A stretch of DNA of 62,735 bases, filler included, from Candidatus Tectimicrobiota bacterium (GTDB lineage Bacteria > JACPSX01), in assembly GCA_016193065.1 (NCBI GenBank). It is 6 parts of 6 records of this genome, joined end to end, with 100 filler letters (N's around TTAATTAATTAA, not from the genome) between each part and the next. Parts side by side here need not be neighbours in the genome. Positions count along the whole stretch, not along the records: positions 17,065 to 37,602 come from JACPSX010000201.1; 5 more parts are not named here. The stretch is one strand, 5' to 3'. Position numbers and translations under genes: made by a program. Every line of letters begins with the position of its first letter. Position 1 is the first letter of the stretch. Shown here one piece after another: positions 18,613 through 28,047 of this stretch. The notes beneath the pieces are model-generated. The model ran no database searches, was not told where the DNA came from, and worked only from the letters and a program-made list of their open reading frames with translations.

Positions 18613-21168
18613 ATGGAGCAAGATATGGTGACTCCTGGCCTAAGAAACTCCGGGGATGATACCTGGATCCACAGCGCCTGCGACATGTGTTTTGCTGCCT
18701 GCGGGATTATCGCCCACAAGCAGGACGGGGTGCTGGTGAAGATTGATGGAGATCCCAACTGCCCGGCCAGCGAGGGGAACCTGTGCGCCAACGGGCAAGC
18801 GGGGCTCATCGGACTGTACGATCCCTCGCGCGTGAAGACTCCCCTCAAGCGAACCAACCCGAAGAAGGGGCTAGGAGTCGACCCGCAGTGGCAGGAAATC
18901 ACCTGGGCTGAGGCATTGGACATACTGACCGAGAAGCTCACCAAAGTGCGCCGGGAAGATCCTCGCAAGCTGGTGATCACGAGCTTCGACCAAATCGCCC
19001 TCTCTTACTTTATCAGACCCGCGTGGGGGGTTGCCTTCGGCACGCCCAACACGGATTGGGTTGGATACTATTGCGGAAATTACCTGCACGCCTCCATGTA
19101 CCTGACCAACGGCTCTTTCCATTCGGACTTTGACCTGGACTACTGTAACTATGCCATTCTTCTCGGAAACCAGCAGGGATTCATGGCGGGTCTCAACGCC
19201 AATGTGGCTGCCCGCAAGATGGCGGAGGCGCGCAAAAGAGGAATGCGGGTGGTGGTCGTGGACCCCGTGGGGACCAACGCAGCGGCGAAAGCGGATGAAT
19301 GGGTTCCGATCCGGCCCGGCACCGACGGCGCCTTCATTTTGAGTTTGATCCACGTGCTGGTGAACGAGATCGGTTGCTACGATCGTGAGTTCTTGAGCTT
19401 CCGGAGCAACGGTGCGTACCTGGTTGGGGAGGACGGCCACTATCTCCGGGAAACAGCGAGCTCCAAACCTCTGGTCTGGAATCGACGGACAGGAAAGGCA
19501 GTCCCCTTTGATCAGGAGGGAATCGATCCCGCGCTGGAGGGAGTTTTCGAAGTCCAGGGGCACAAATGCCAGCCCGCCTTCCAGCTCTTGAAAAAGCAAG
19601 TCCGGGCGTACGATCCGGAGAAAGTTGCGGAGATCACCACAATCCCTGCCGGGACCATCCGTCGCATCGCCAAAGAGTTTGGAGAGGCGGCCCGGATCGG
19701 CTCCACGATCGTGCTGGACGGAAAGACTCTCCCATACCGGCCTGTGGCGGTGAACATTTACCGTGGGGCGGGTGCCCACAAGCACGGGACACATACAGCC
19801 CTGGCGGTTCAAACCTTGAACATGGTGGTGGGTGCTTTCTATGTTCCGGGTGGGCACCGGGGGGTCAATCTGGTCGGTCCAAACGGCCGCTGGTCCCCCG
19901 GTGCTACCAAAGAGGGACTCATTACCCCACCCTCAGAAATCGGGCGGGCGGCCCGGTATTACGACTTCGAAGCCAGGCCACCGGAGGACATGGGGCTGCA
20001 CGAACTCTTTCCCCTGACCACGAACCGCAGTCCCCTCTACCAGCTCAATGCCTCACAGGAATCACCATTTAAACTCCCCTACACTCCGGAAGTCCTCATC
20101 GTCTGCCGGCGCAACCTGATGATGAACAACGTGAGCGCGCAGTCCGGCGCCGAGATGCTGATGAAGATCCCCTTTGTGGTTACGTTCAGCGTCCATCTGG
20201 ATGAGGTGGCGGAGTTTGCGGATCTGGTCCTTCCCGAGGCGCATTACCTCGAGCGGTTCGACCTGTTCCCGAACCGTCCCAGCCATACCATGAGCCCTGC
20301 CACGGGGCATTTCTACTGGGGACTGCGCCAGCCCGTAATCGAGCCGCTGGGGCAGGCGCGCCGGTGGATCGATGTCCTGTACGAGGTGGCCGATCGCATG
20401 GGATTCCTGGGAGATGTCTACCGGCTCATGAACGTGAACCTCGGCATCAAGGGCCCGTACAAGCTCAACCCGTCGGAGCGCTATTCCATGGAGGAGATCT
20501 ACGATCGCTGGACCAAGTCCCTGTTTGGTCCCGAGCGGGGGATTTCCTGGTTCAAGGAGAACGGCTATCACAAAGTTCCGCGGGCGGTGGAGGAACGCTA
20601 CCCGGGCCCCTTTCTCCGGGCCCGCTTTCCGATCTATTACGAGAACATGCTGGAGGCAAGAAAGTCCGTGGAGAAGTTATCGGAGCAGATCCATCTGAAA
20701 TGGGATACCTCCGATTACGTCCCCCTGGCGAACTGGAAACCCTGCCCGGCTTTTTCGGACGGGACGAAGGAGTATGACCTCTATGTCGTGAATTACAAGC
20801 TCCCCTTCCACAGCCTCTCGATTACCACTCAAAACCCGTGGCTCAACGAGATGGCGGAGAGCCATCCCTACGCCTACCGGATCATGATCAACGCGGAGAC
20901 CGCGAAGAGAAAGGAGATTCTTGACGGCCAGGAAATCTGTGTGGAATCGGTGGCCGGTAAAGTGAAGGGAAGAGCGAAAGTCACCCAATGCATTCACCCC
21001 GAAGTTCTGGGGATCGCCGGTGTCTTTGGGAGTTGGGCCAAAGGGAAGCCCGTCGCCAACGGCAAGGGGGTGCATTTCAACAATCTCCTGCCGATCTCCG
21101 TGGAACGGCTTGACCCGGTTTCCGCCGGAGTGGATTCTTGCATCCGGGTCCGCGTCACGAAGGCATAG
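18613..21168 (+). CDS. DMSO-reductase-family molybdopterin oxidoreductase, catalytic subunit (no Tat signal)
   Basis: CDMCFAAC...LC Fe-S motif, RVKTPLKR, KADEWVPIRPGTDGA, FADLVLPE, C-terminal MGD-binding domain. Confidence 0.93.
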   Translation: MEQDMVTPGLRNSGDDTWIHSACDMCFAACGIIAHKQDGVLVKIDGDPNCPASEGNLCANGQAGLIGLYDPSRVKTPLKRTNPKKGLGVDPQWQEITWAEALDILTEKLTKVRREDPRKLVITSFDQIALSYFIRPAWGVAFGTPNTDWVGYYCGNYLHASMYLTNGSFHSDFDLDYCNYAILLGNQQGFMAGLNANVAARKMAEARKRGMRVVVVDPVGTNAAAKADEWVPIRPGTDGAFILSLIHVLVNEIGCYDREFLSFRSNGAYLVGEDGHYLRETASSKPLVWNRRTGKAVPFDQEGIDPALEGVFEVQGHKCQPAFQLLKKQVRAYDPEKVAEITTIPAGTIRRIAKEFGEAARIGSTIVLDGKTLPYRPVAVNIYRGAGAHKHGTHTALAVQTLNMVVGAFYVPGGHRGVNLVGPNGRWSPGATKEGLITPPSEIGRAARYYDFEARPPEDMGLHELFPLTTNRSPLYQLNASQESPFKLPYTPEVLIVCRRNLMMNNVSAQSGAEMLMKIPFVVTFSVHLDEVAEFADLVLPEAHYLERFDLFPNRPSHTMSPATGHFYWGLRQPVIEPLGQARRWIDVLYEVADRMGFLGDVYRLMNVNLGIKGPYKLNPSERYSMEEIYDRWTKSLFGPERGISWFKENGYHKVPRAVEERYPGPFLRARFPIYYENMLEARKSVEKLSEQIHLKWDTSDYVPLANWKPCPAFSDGTKEYDLYVVNYKLPFHSLSITTQNPWLNEMAESHPYAYRIMINAETAKRKEILDGQEICVESVAGKVKGRAKVTQCIHPEVLGIAGVFGSWAKGKPVANGKGVHFNNLLPISVERLDPVSAGVDSCIRVRVTKA

Positions 21169-21177
21169 GGGGCGACC

Positions 21178-21774
21178 ATGCGCTACGGGATGGTGATTGA
21201 TCTGAAGACCTGCATCGGGTGTAACGCCTGCACCATGGCCTGCAAGGCCGAGCACGCGACGCCAGCGGGGATTTTTTACGCCAAAGTTTTGGAAAAGGAA
21301 GTGGGAAAATTTCCGGCGGCTCGCCGTATATTTCTCCCCGTGCTGTGCAATCACTGCGAAAATCCCATCTGCCGGGAGGTGTGCCCCACCGGGGCGACGT
21401 ACAAGCGCCAGGATGGGATCGTCCTGGTGGATTATGACAAGTGCATCGGCTGCCGGGCCTGCATGGAGGCGTGCCCCTACTGGGCCAGGACTTACTATGA
21501 TGGAGACGGAGCCTACTACCCGGGAGAAAGGACTCTCTTCGAGGAGATCAAACAGAATTTTCCCGAGGGCGTGGTGATGAAATGCAACTTCTGCGCTCAT
21601 CGGGTGGATCAGAGAGTTGAACCAGCCTGTGTCCAGACGTGTCCCACGGATTGCCGGATTTTCGGGGACTTGGATGATCCGACCAGCGAAGTGTCCCGGC
21701 TCGTCGCGGAACGAAAGGGCCGCCAGCTTTTGGCGGAGAAAGGTCTCAACCCCTCTGTCTACTACATCGAGTAA
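21178..21774 (+). CDS. 4Fe-4S electron-transfer subunit (DmsB/NrfC-like)
   Basis: CIGCNAC, CNHCENP, CIGCRACMEACP, KCNFC..PACVQTCP. Confidence 0.95.
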   Translation: MRYGMVIDLKTCIGCNACTMACKAEHATPAGIFYAKVLEKEVGKFPAARRIFLPVLCNHCENPICREVCPTGATYKRQDGIVLVDYDKCIGCRACMEACPYWARTYYDGDGAYYPGERTLFEEIKQNFPEGVVMKCNFCAHRVDQRVEPACVQTCPTDCRIFGDLDDPTSEVSRLVAERKGRQLLAEKGLNPSVYYIE

Positions 21775-21822
21775 CCGCAGAGGGAAAGGACAAATGACAG
21801 AGGGGGAAGGGAGGGTGGAATC

Positions 21823-22842
21823 ATGAAGTGTCTGCGTCTCTTGTTACTTCTGGCGCTTGTTTTCGCCATGGTGCCCTTGACAACCCCCGCGCTGGCAGCC
21901 GAGTCCACGATGGTGCGGATCGCCCACGGCGCTTTCAACGAAAAAATCGCCGCTCTTTGGATTGGAGCCGACAAGGGGCTCTTCAAGAAGCACGGGGTGG
22001 ATGTGGAGGTTCTGCAGATTCGCAGCGGACCTCAGACCATGGCGGCTCTGGCCTCCGGGGATCTCCAGATGTCCTATACGATTCCTGGGTCCGTCCTCAG
22101 TGCCAAGGCCGGGGGCATGGATGTGGCTTTTTTCGCGGGACTGGTGAATAAGCCCGATGGGGAGATCATTTCCTCTCAGGCAATCAAGAGCCCGGAAGAT
22201 CTCAAAGGGAAGCGAATCGGAGTTCAAAGCATCGGGGGCGGGGTCTGGTCCCTGACGATGGTTGCCCTTGGATACTGGGGTCTGGACCCGAAGCGGGATA
22301 AGATGCTTATTCAGGTCCTGGGGGACCAGTCTGTTCTGGTCCAGGCGTTGGATACGAATAACATCGACGCAACCTACCTGAGCTACACCCTGGCCAATGA
22401 CCTGAAGAAAAGAGGGTTCCATTCTCTGGTTGATTTGGGGAAGACCGGGATCCCGTACCAGGGATTGGCACTGGCTGCGCGGCGGGCCTACCTCCGTGAG
22501 AATCCGGATACCGTGGACGCTGTCCTCCGAGGGGTTCTGGAGTCCATCGCTTTCGTAAAGAACCCGGCCAACAAGACCGCGGCCATCGAAAATCTCACGA
22601 AGCACCTGCGGCTCTCTCGTCCTGCAGACGCAGAGGTGGGTTACCAGGTCCTTCAGTACCTGTACGACTACGACATCCGTCCAAGCCTGGAGGGGATCCG
22701 CACCATGCATCGCCTGCTCTCCCCGCTCAACCCCAAAATGCAGAACGTGAGATCGGAAGACGTGATTGACGAAGCTCCGGTTCAGAAGCTGGAGAAGAGC
22801 GGTTTTTTGAACAAGTTTTTGGAGACGCTCAAACGAAACTAA
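21823..22842 (+). CDS. NMT1/TauA-like ABC substrate-binding protein
   Basis: Signal peptide, GLFKKHGVDVE, DLKGKRIGV. Confidence 0.88.
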   Translation: MKCLRLLLLLALVFAMVPLTTPALAAESTMVRIAHGAFNEKIAALWIGADKGLFKKHGVDVEVLQIRSGPQTMAALASGDLQMSYTIPGSVLSAKAGGMDVAFFAGLVNKPDGEIISSQAIKSPEDLKGKRIGVQSIGGGVWSLTMVALGYWGLDPKRDKMLIQVLGDQSVLVQALDTNNIDATYLSYTLANDLKKRGFHSLVDLGKTGIPYQGLALAARRAYLRENPDTVDAVLRGVLESIAFVKNPANKTAAIENLTKHLRLSRPADAEVGYQVLQYLYDYDIRPSLEGIRTMHRLLSPLNPKMQNVRSEDVIDEAPVQKLEKSGFLNKFLETLKRN

Positions 22843-22873
22843 CGGAGGCGGGTTTGAAATCATTGATAGTTTC

Positions 22874-22902
22874 CGTTCGTGCTGAGCCTGTCGAAGCATG
22901 AA
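22874..22902. repeat. Short REP-like palindrome (GTTCGTGCTGAGCCTGTCGAAGCATGAA)
   Basis: Related copies near 53952-53975 and 54132-54149. Confidence 0.6.
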
Positions 22903-23089
22903 GATCACTTTGCAGCGATTTGTTGGCGGAGGAGGAGAGCGATGCTGGAGAAGATGGATGAGCTGATCCGGGTCTGCCTCTACGACTCAGTCATGTAAAG
23001 GAGGAAAACGACCAAGCAAATCTCCGTGCCACGGCCGGTCGGATAAGTTATCCTGAAAGCGTTTTGCCATTCATTAAGGAGGGGGAATT

Positions 23090-24145
23090 ATGGCAGTCAA
23101 CGGCTTTACCGTCATCGATACGGATGCTCACTATCTCGAGTCTTTTCAGGAAGTCGCCAAGTACATGGAGGAGCCCTACAAGTCACGGCTCCTCAAAGCC
23201 GCCCATCGATTGATTCCAACCACCACTGGGGACCGCTTCATGGAGGGGAGAATCCGCCGGGATGAAGTTTCCTATCCCCAGAAGCCCATGACCCCGGAGG
23301 AAATCCCGGCGGCTCAGAAGCGTCTCGGAGTGGATGTCTCGGTCATCCTGCCGAACAATCTCCTGGAACTCGGCAAGTTTCCCGTAAAGAACATGGCCCT
23401 GGCCATCTGCAGGGGGTTCAACGACTATATGCTGGACCAGATCGTGGACCCCAAGCGGGGAATCTACACGATGGTTTTTGTTCCCCTGCTGGATCCCCCC
23501 GAGTCGGCCAAGTTGATCGACCGGGTCGGCAAGCACCCCGGTGTAGCGGCCGTCTGCTTTATCAGTGCCAACGTGGAACCCCCACTGGGGGATACCTTCT
23601 ACAATCCGGTCTACGAGGCGGCCCAGCGCAACGGGCTTCCCATCGTGTATCACAGCGCGGGCTCGGACCTGCACGACTTCTTCGTGAGAGGGTTTCAGTC
23701 GTTTATGGAGACTCACTCCCTGGGATTTGTTTTCTGGAACTACATTCACATGACCAGTGTCGTCATGGAAGGGATTCCGGAACGTTTCCCCGGACTTAAG
23801 TTTGGGTTTCAAGAGTCCGGGATCTTCTGGGTCCCCCAACTCATGTACCGTTTGGACAATGCTTATATGAAGCGGCGCTCCGAGTCGCCGCTCTTGAAGA
23901 AGCTGCCCAGCGAATACATGCGGGACTTCCGGTTTGGCACCCAGCCCCTGGAATCCCCAAAGAATCTGGATCACCTCAAGTATGCCTTTGAGATGGTGGA
24001 TGCGGAAAACACCCTGATGTTTGCCACCGACTATCCCCATTGGGATTTTGATCCCCCCTCCACGATTACCGACTTGCCCTTTCTGAGTCACAAAGCGAAG
24101 ACGCGAATTCTCAGTGAAAATGCCCAGAACTTTTTCCGGTTTTAA
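23090..24145 (+). CDS. Amidohydrolase_2-fold protein, putative dimetal oxygenase
   Basis: IDTDAH, FQESG, FATDYPHWDFD; directly followed by a Rieske ferredoxin. Confidence 0.88.
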   Translation: MAVNGFTVIDTDAHYLESFQEVAKYMEEPYKSRLLKAAHRLIPTTTGDRFMEGRIRRDEVSYPQKPMTPEEIPAAQKRLGVDVSVILPNNLLELGKFPVKNMALAICRGFNDYMLDQIVDPKRGIYTMVFVPLLDPPESAKLIDRVGKHPGVAAVCFISANVEPPLGDTFYNPVYEAAQRNGLPIVYHSAGSDLHDFFVRGFQSFMETHSLGFVFWNYIHMTSVVMEGIPERFPGLKFGFQESGIFWVPQLMYRLDNAYMKRRSESPLLKKLPSEYMRDFRFGTQPLESPKNLDHLKYAFEMVDAENTLMFATDYPHWDFDPPSTITDLPFLSHKAKTRILSENAQNFFRF

Positions 24146-24157
24146 AGGAGGGGGAAA

Positions 24158-24520
24158 ATGGCGAAGCATCGAATTGCCCGGGTGGAAGAGATCCCGGCTG
24201 GTGAAAGGAAGTTGGTGGAGGTGGAAGGGAAGTCTATCGGAGTTTTCAACGTGAGGGGCGAATATCACGCGCTGGAGAATGTCTGTTGTCACCGGGGGGG
24301 GCCGGTCTGCGAGGGGAACCTGTTTGGCCGGCTGGAGTCCGAGGTGATGCCCGACAAGCGCACCCGGGAGTATTACGCCACGGAGGGGGACGTGATCGCC
24401 TGCCCTTGGCACGGCTGGGAATACGAGATCCCGAGCGGAGAATGCCTGGCCGACCGCACCTATAAACTGCGCAAGTTCCCAGTGGTAGTTGAAGAAGGCG
24501 CACTCCGGGTGGTCCTGTAG
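24158..24520 (+). CDS. Rieske [2Fe-2S] ferredoxin
   Basis: CCHRGG...CPWHGW. Confidence 0.93.
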   Translation: MAKHRIARVEEIPAGERKLVEVEGKSIGVFNVRGEYHALENVCCHRGGPVCEGNLFGRLESEVMPDKRTREYYATEGDVIACPWHGWEYEIPSGECLADRTYKLRKFPVVVEEGALRVVL

Positions 24521-24579
24521 TCCTGTTCCAACTTGATTGCCTACGCAATACACCTCCATATTGCAGCGGGCTAAGCAGG

Positions 24580-24750
24580 GGCGTACGCAGGTCTGAGATC
24601 TTACACCCGTGAGCACCTTCAAGAGCAAGTCGCATCCCCCCCACCATGCGCCCGTTGAAGTTCTCTACTATGATGCGTGTCTGGGCGAAGCGGACGTCAA
24701 GAGACGGGAACGATGTCTGAAGGGGGGAAGAGCGAACGGTACTTACGGCG
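24580..24750 (+). pseudogene. Degenerate GIY-YIG nuclease (small UPF0213-like) remnant
   Basis: PVEVLYYDACLGEADVKRRERCLKGGR resembles the family C-terminal PxxLxYYEAxxxxxDAxxRExxLK; no intact N-terminus. Confidence 0.55.
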
Positions 24751-24939
24751 AAGGATTGTCCTACGACCGGCAGAAAATGACCACAAGTAATTGGAACGAC
24801 ACTAGTTCCGGGAAAGATTTAAAAAATTCCCCCGCGCCATTCATCTTGACAGATCATTCGCCCGAGCTTTATAGTAGTTTCAGCATTTGTCCCCTGCGGG
24901 GCGGTTGCTTCAGTTCTTGTATAAGCGGAGGTAAAGATA

Positions 24940-25137
24940 ATGATCTCAAGAGCTAAAGCCAGGATGAAAAAGAAGGTAACATTGCCGCAAGCGCCCGGGA
25001 GTTCTGTTGCCCTAAGGGCCCGTAAGTTGCACATTGTGCCTCCTTCCTCAGCTGAGGAGATCCGCGCAGCCTTAGACATTAACGCTAAGGATCTCAGCAA
25101 AGCCAAACTGGCCATCCGTTCGGTAAGTTCCCAGTAA
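24940..25137 (+). CDS. Small basic hypothetical protein
   Basis: GGAGGT RBS, upstream TTGACA...TATAGT; precedes the next ORF by 27 nt. Confidence 0.55.
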   Translation: MISRAKARMKKKVTLPQAPGSSVALRARKLHIVPPSSAEEIRAALDINAKDLSKAKLAIRSVSSQ

Positions 25138-25164
25138 CTGGCTGCCCTCTAAGTCTGATTCCAA

Positions 25165-25779
25165 ATGCGGCATAAAGTCCACCCAGACGAACACAGCGTC
25201 TTCCTCAATGTGCCATACGATGAAGGCTATGAACCGTTGTTCGTTGCGCTTGTCGCCACACTGATTTCCATCGGCAGGAAGCCCCGATGCGTACTGGAGA
25301 TAGCAGAACAAGGTCAAGGGAGGCTCACGCGGATCATAGAGCACCTTGAGAGCTGTAGGGTTTCCATCCACGATCTCAGTCGAGTTGGGGGCCCTGCCAG
25401 ATTTAACATGCCTTTCGAGCTAGGACTTGCCTATGCACTTAGGAAGTATGCAAGGCATAGACATCCCTACTTGTTTGTCCTGCTCGAGAAGGAACGCCAC
25501 AGGCTTAATCGTACCCTCAGTGATATGGCAGGTCATGACCCTCAGATACACCGGGGGAAACCTCGCGATCTGATTTCTTCCGTACTGGATGCCATTGGCA
25601 CAGGTGATGATGATCCAACGGCAGAGCAGGTGTACGTCCTTTGGAAAAGGTTGATGAAGGCCACTCGGGAGCTGAAGCGGACCCAAGGTCGATCGACCAT
25701 CTTTTCGCGAACCCTCTTCAAACGGGTGGTAGCCGCGGCGACTGTTCTCGCGACTGAGACCAATCTCATCCCGCAATAG
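25165..25779 (+). CDS. Hypothetical protein with TIR/nucleoside-deoxyribosyltransferase-like fold
   Basis: VFLNVPY...IHDLS...NMPFELGLAYA...SDMAG pattern. Confidence 0.65.
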   Translation: MRHKVHPDEHSVFLNVPYDEGYEPLFVALVATLISIGRKPRCVLEIAEQGQGRLTRIIEHLESCRVSIHDLSRVGGPARFNMPFELGLAYALRKYARHRHPYLFVLLEKERHRLNRTLSDMAGHDPQIHRGKPRDLISSVLDAIGTGDDDPTAEQVYVLWKRLMKATRELKRTQGRSTIFSRTLFKRVVAAATVLATETNLIPQ

Positions 25780-25960
25780 CGTTTCGATCCATCCTATTGG
25801 ACCTGATCTTCCCTTCCTGCAAAGTAAGTCTGCTTTTTGAGGAGGGAGTCAACAACTCGCTAGGATGGATCAGCCTGGAAGTGCGGGAGTGCCTCCTTAC
25901 CAGAGCCCTCCGTTTCGGTGTAAAATACCTCCGGTTGGATAGCCACCGGAGGAAAATCCC

Positions 25961-26869
25961 ATGGGGCAGGCGGCGTGGGCCACGTTTCCAGCGGAGACGA
26001 AACCCCCTGCGGGGGTATTGGATCTGGCGGGGCAGGTGGAAACGGACGGGGGGAGCGCCCTCGCCCTGTATCAGGAGCCTGTGGGGAAGGGGTGGCAGAT
26101 CTTTGCCCTTCTCCCCCTTGAGCAGGTGGAGCCCACCCCTTACCAGAGAGACCTTTCCAAGACTCACGCCGATCGCCTCCGTGAGATCATCAAGAAGCTT
26201 GATCGCTTCGTGGACCCCGTGGTGGCCGTGCGAGTGGGCGCCAAGAAGTACTGGACCCCGAACGGCAATCACCGGCGGGCCGCTCTGGAGAAGCTCAAGG
26301 CGAAGTTCATTCCGGTCATCCTGATCCCGGAGGTGGAGGTGGCCTTCCAGATCCTGGCTCTCAATACGGAGAAAGCCCACAACTTGAAGGAGAAGTCTCT
26401 GGAGGTGATCCGCATGTACCGCGGCCTCATGGAGGCGGAAGGCGGAAAGAGCGAGGAATCCTTTGCCTTTCAGTTCGAGCAGCCCCACTTCATCACGCTG
26501 GGACTTCTGTATGAAAAGCACCCCCGCTTTGCCGGCGGAGCCTTTGCCCCGATCCTCAAACGGGTGGACAAGTTCTTGAAAGATTCTCTGGTGAAATCGT
26601 ACCGGCAGCGGCAGGAACGCGCGGACCTTGTCGATGCCGCCAGCGAGGTACTGGACGAAGTAGTCGCCAAGATCAAAAAGCGGGGGATCAATCACCCCTA
26701 TGTGAAGAACTTTGTCCTGGCCCGCTGCAATCCCTTAACCCGAGCCCGGAAGACCGTCCCCACCTTCGAGCAAACCTTCACGAAGCTCACCGACGCCCTG
26801 CAGAAATTCGACCCCGGCAAGCTCCGCATGGAAGACATCGCCCGGGCCGCCGTGATGGCGGGAGAATAG
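25961..26869 (+). CDS. Stand-alone ParB/Srx-like N-terminal domain protein
   Basis: PTPYQR, DPVVAV, TPNGNHRRAAL, LALNTEK. Confidence 0.8.
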   Translation: MGQAAWATFPAETKPPAGVLDLAGQVETDGGSALALYQEPVGKGWQIFALLPLEQVEPTPYQRDLSKTHADRLREIIKKLDRFVDPVVAVRVGAKKYWTPNGNHRRAALEKLKAKFIPVILIPEVEVAFQILALNTEKAHNLKEKSLEVIRMYRGLMEAEGGKSEESFAFQFEQPHFITLGLLYEKHPRFAGGAFAPILKRVDKFLKDSLVKSYRQRQERADLVDAASEVLDEVVAKIKKRGINHPYVKNFVLARCNPLTRARKTVPTFEQTFTKLTDALQKFDPGKLRMEDIARAAVMAGE

Positions 26870-26918
26870 TCCCCTGCCACCTCTCCGAGATTGTTTTTCT
26901 TGATACAATGCCAAAGGA

Positions 26919-27668
26919 ATGATGAAGGACGAAAGGATGATGGGAGAACCCAAGAGCAGATTCTTATCATCCGGTTCCCTCTTGGGAGCCCTTGAGCCGA
27001 AATACCCGGAGATCGTCACGCTGACCGGGGCGGGGGGCAAGACGACCACCATGCTGCATCTGGCCCGGGAGGCGTATGCTGTGGGCAAGCGGATGCTGGT
27101 CACGGTGACGACGAAAATATACGAGTCGGATGCGGCCAGGTTTGGTCCGCTGGTGTACGCCGCAGAAAAGCTCTCCGGCAAACGCCTGGCCGTCTATGTC
27201 GCTGGCAAGGACGAGTCGACGGGCAAACTGATCGGCATCGATCCGGATGCGATCCCGGATGGCTTCGACCTCGTTCTGGTAGAGGCCGACGGGTCGGCCG
27301 GCAAGCCGCTCACGGCGCCGAAAGCGCACGAGCCGGTCATTCCAGCATCGACCACCACCGTTCTCGCCGTCGCGGGGCTGGACGCGCTGGGGCAACCGGT
27401 ACACGCGATGCACCGGCCGGAGGTCATCGCCAATCTGACCGGTGTGAGCCTGGACGCCCCCGTCAACGCCGAAGTGATGGCCGCGGTTCTGTCGCACCCT
27501 CTGGGCAACACCAAGGGGAGGCCGGCCCGAGCCCGCGTCATCTACCTCCTCAACAAGGCCGATGATGACGAGCGACTTCAACACGGCAAGGCCGTCGCCG
27601 AGCTCCTTCCCGGTCCTGTGCTGGCAACCTCGCACGGCCGGGTCCGCTGGTCAAAGCCGGTGGGCTGA
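26919..27668 (+). CDS. yqeC: Selenium-dependent hydroxylase accessory protein YqeC
   Basis: GAGGKTT, TVTTK, LVEADGS..KP..AP..HEPVIP, LNKAD; exact start uncertain. Confidence 0.88.
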   Translation: MMKDERMMGEPKSRFLSSGSLLGALEPKYPEIVTLTGAGGKTTTMLHLAREAYAVGKRMLVTVTTKIYESDAARFGPLVYAAEKLSGKRLAVYVAGKDESTGKLIGIDPDAIPDGFDLVLVEADGSAGKPLTAPKAHEPVIPASTTTVLAVAGLDALGQPVHAMHRPEVIANLTGVSLDAPVNAEVMAAVLSHPLGNTKGRPARARVIYLLNKADDDERLQHGKAVAELLPGPVLATSHGRVRWSKPVG

Positions 27669-28047
27669 GGTCCCGGCAATGCCGGCCGGACGCAACTTGA
27701 GGTTTCTGGACAACCCTGACCACGCCGAGAGCCTGGGTCTTCTGTACGTGGCGGCATACGAGAGCTTCCACTGGTGTTCGTCGCGCCAAACCATCGAAAA
27801 ACTGGAGGGGGGACGTTTTCCTGTCGCCCAAGAGGGACCTCGGACCCTACCTCCTCGTTTTCTCTTGACACGAGCACGAAAGAATGATGAAAGAAGCTAT
27901 CCAGATGGCACTATGGGGAAGCAGGGGGAGCCTCGTGAGATGGTTGGGTCTCCCGCCTCAACAACAAATTCTTTGACCTCTCAGGCACATCGATGCACTT
28001 TGGGGGGTGTCCCTAAAGTGTAATCTTCCGGAAAGGGAGGGAGTGTC

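Noticed and set aside
27670-28023. ORF between yqeC and the secreted protein
   Set aside because: No clear RBS or family signal; it may be a remnant but cannot be supported.
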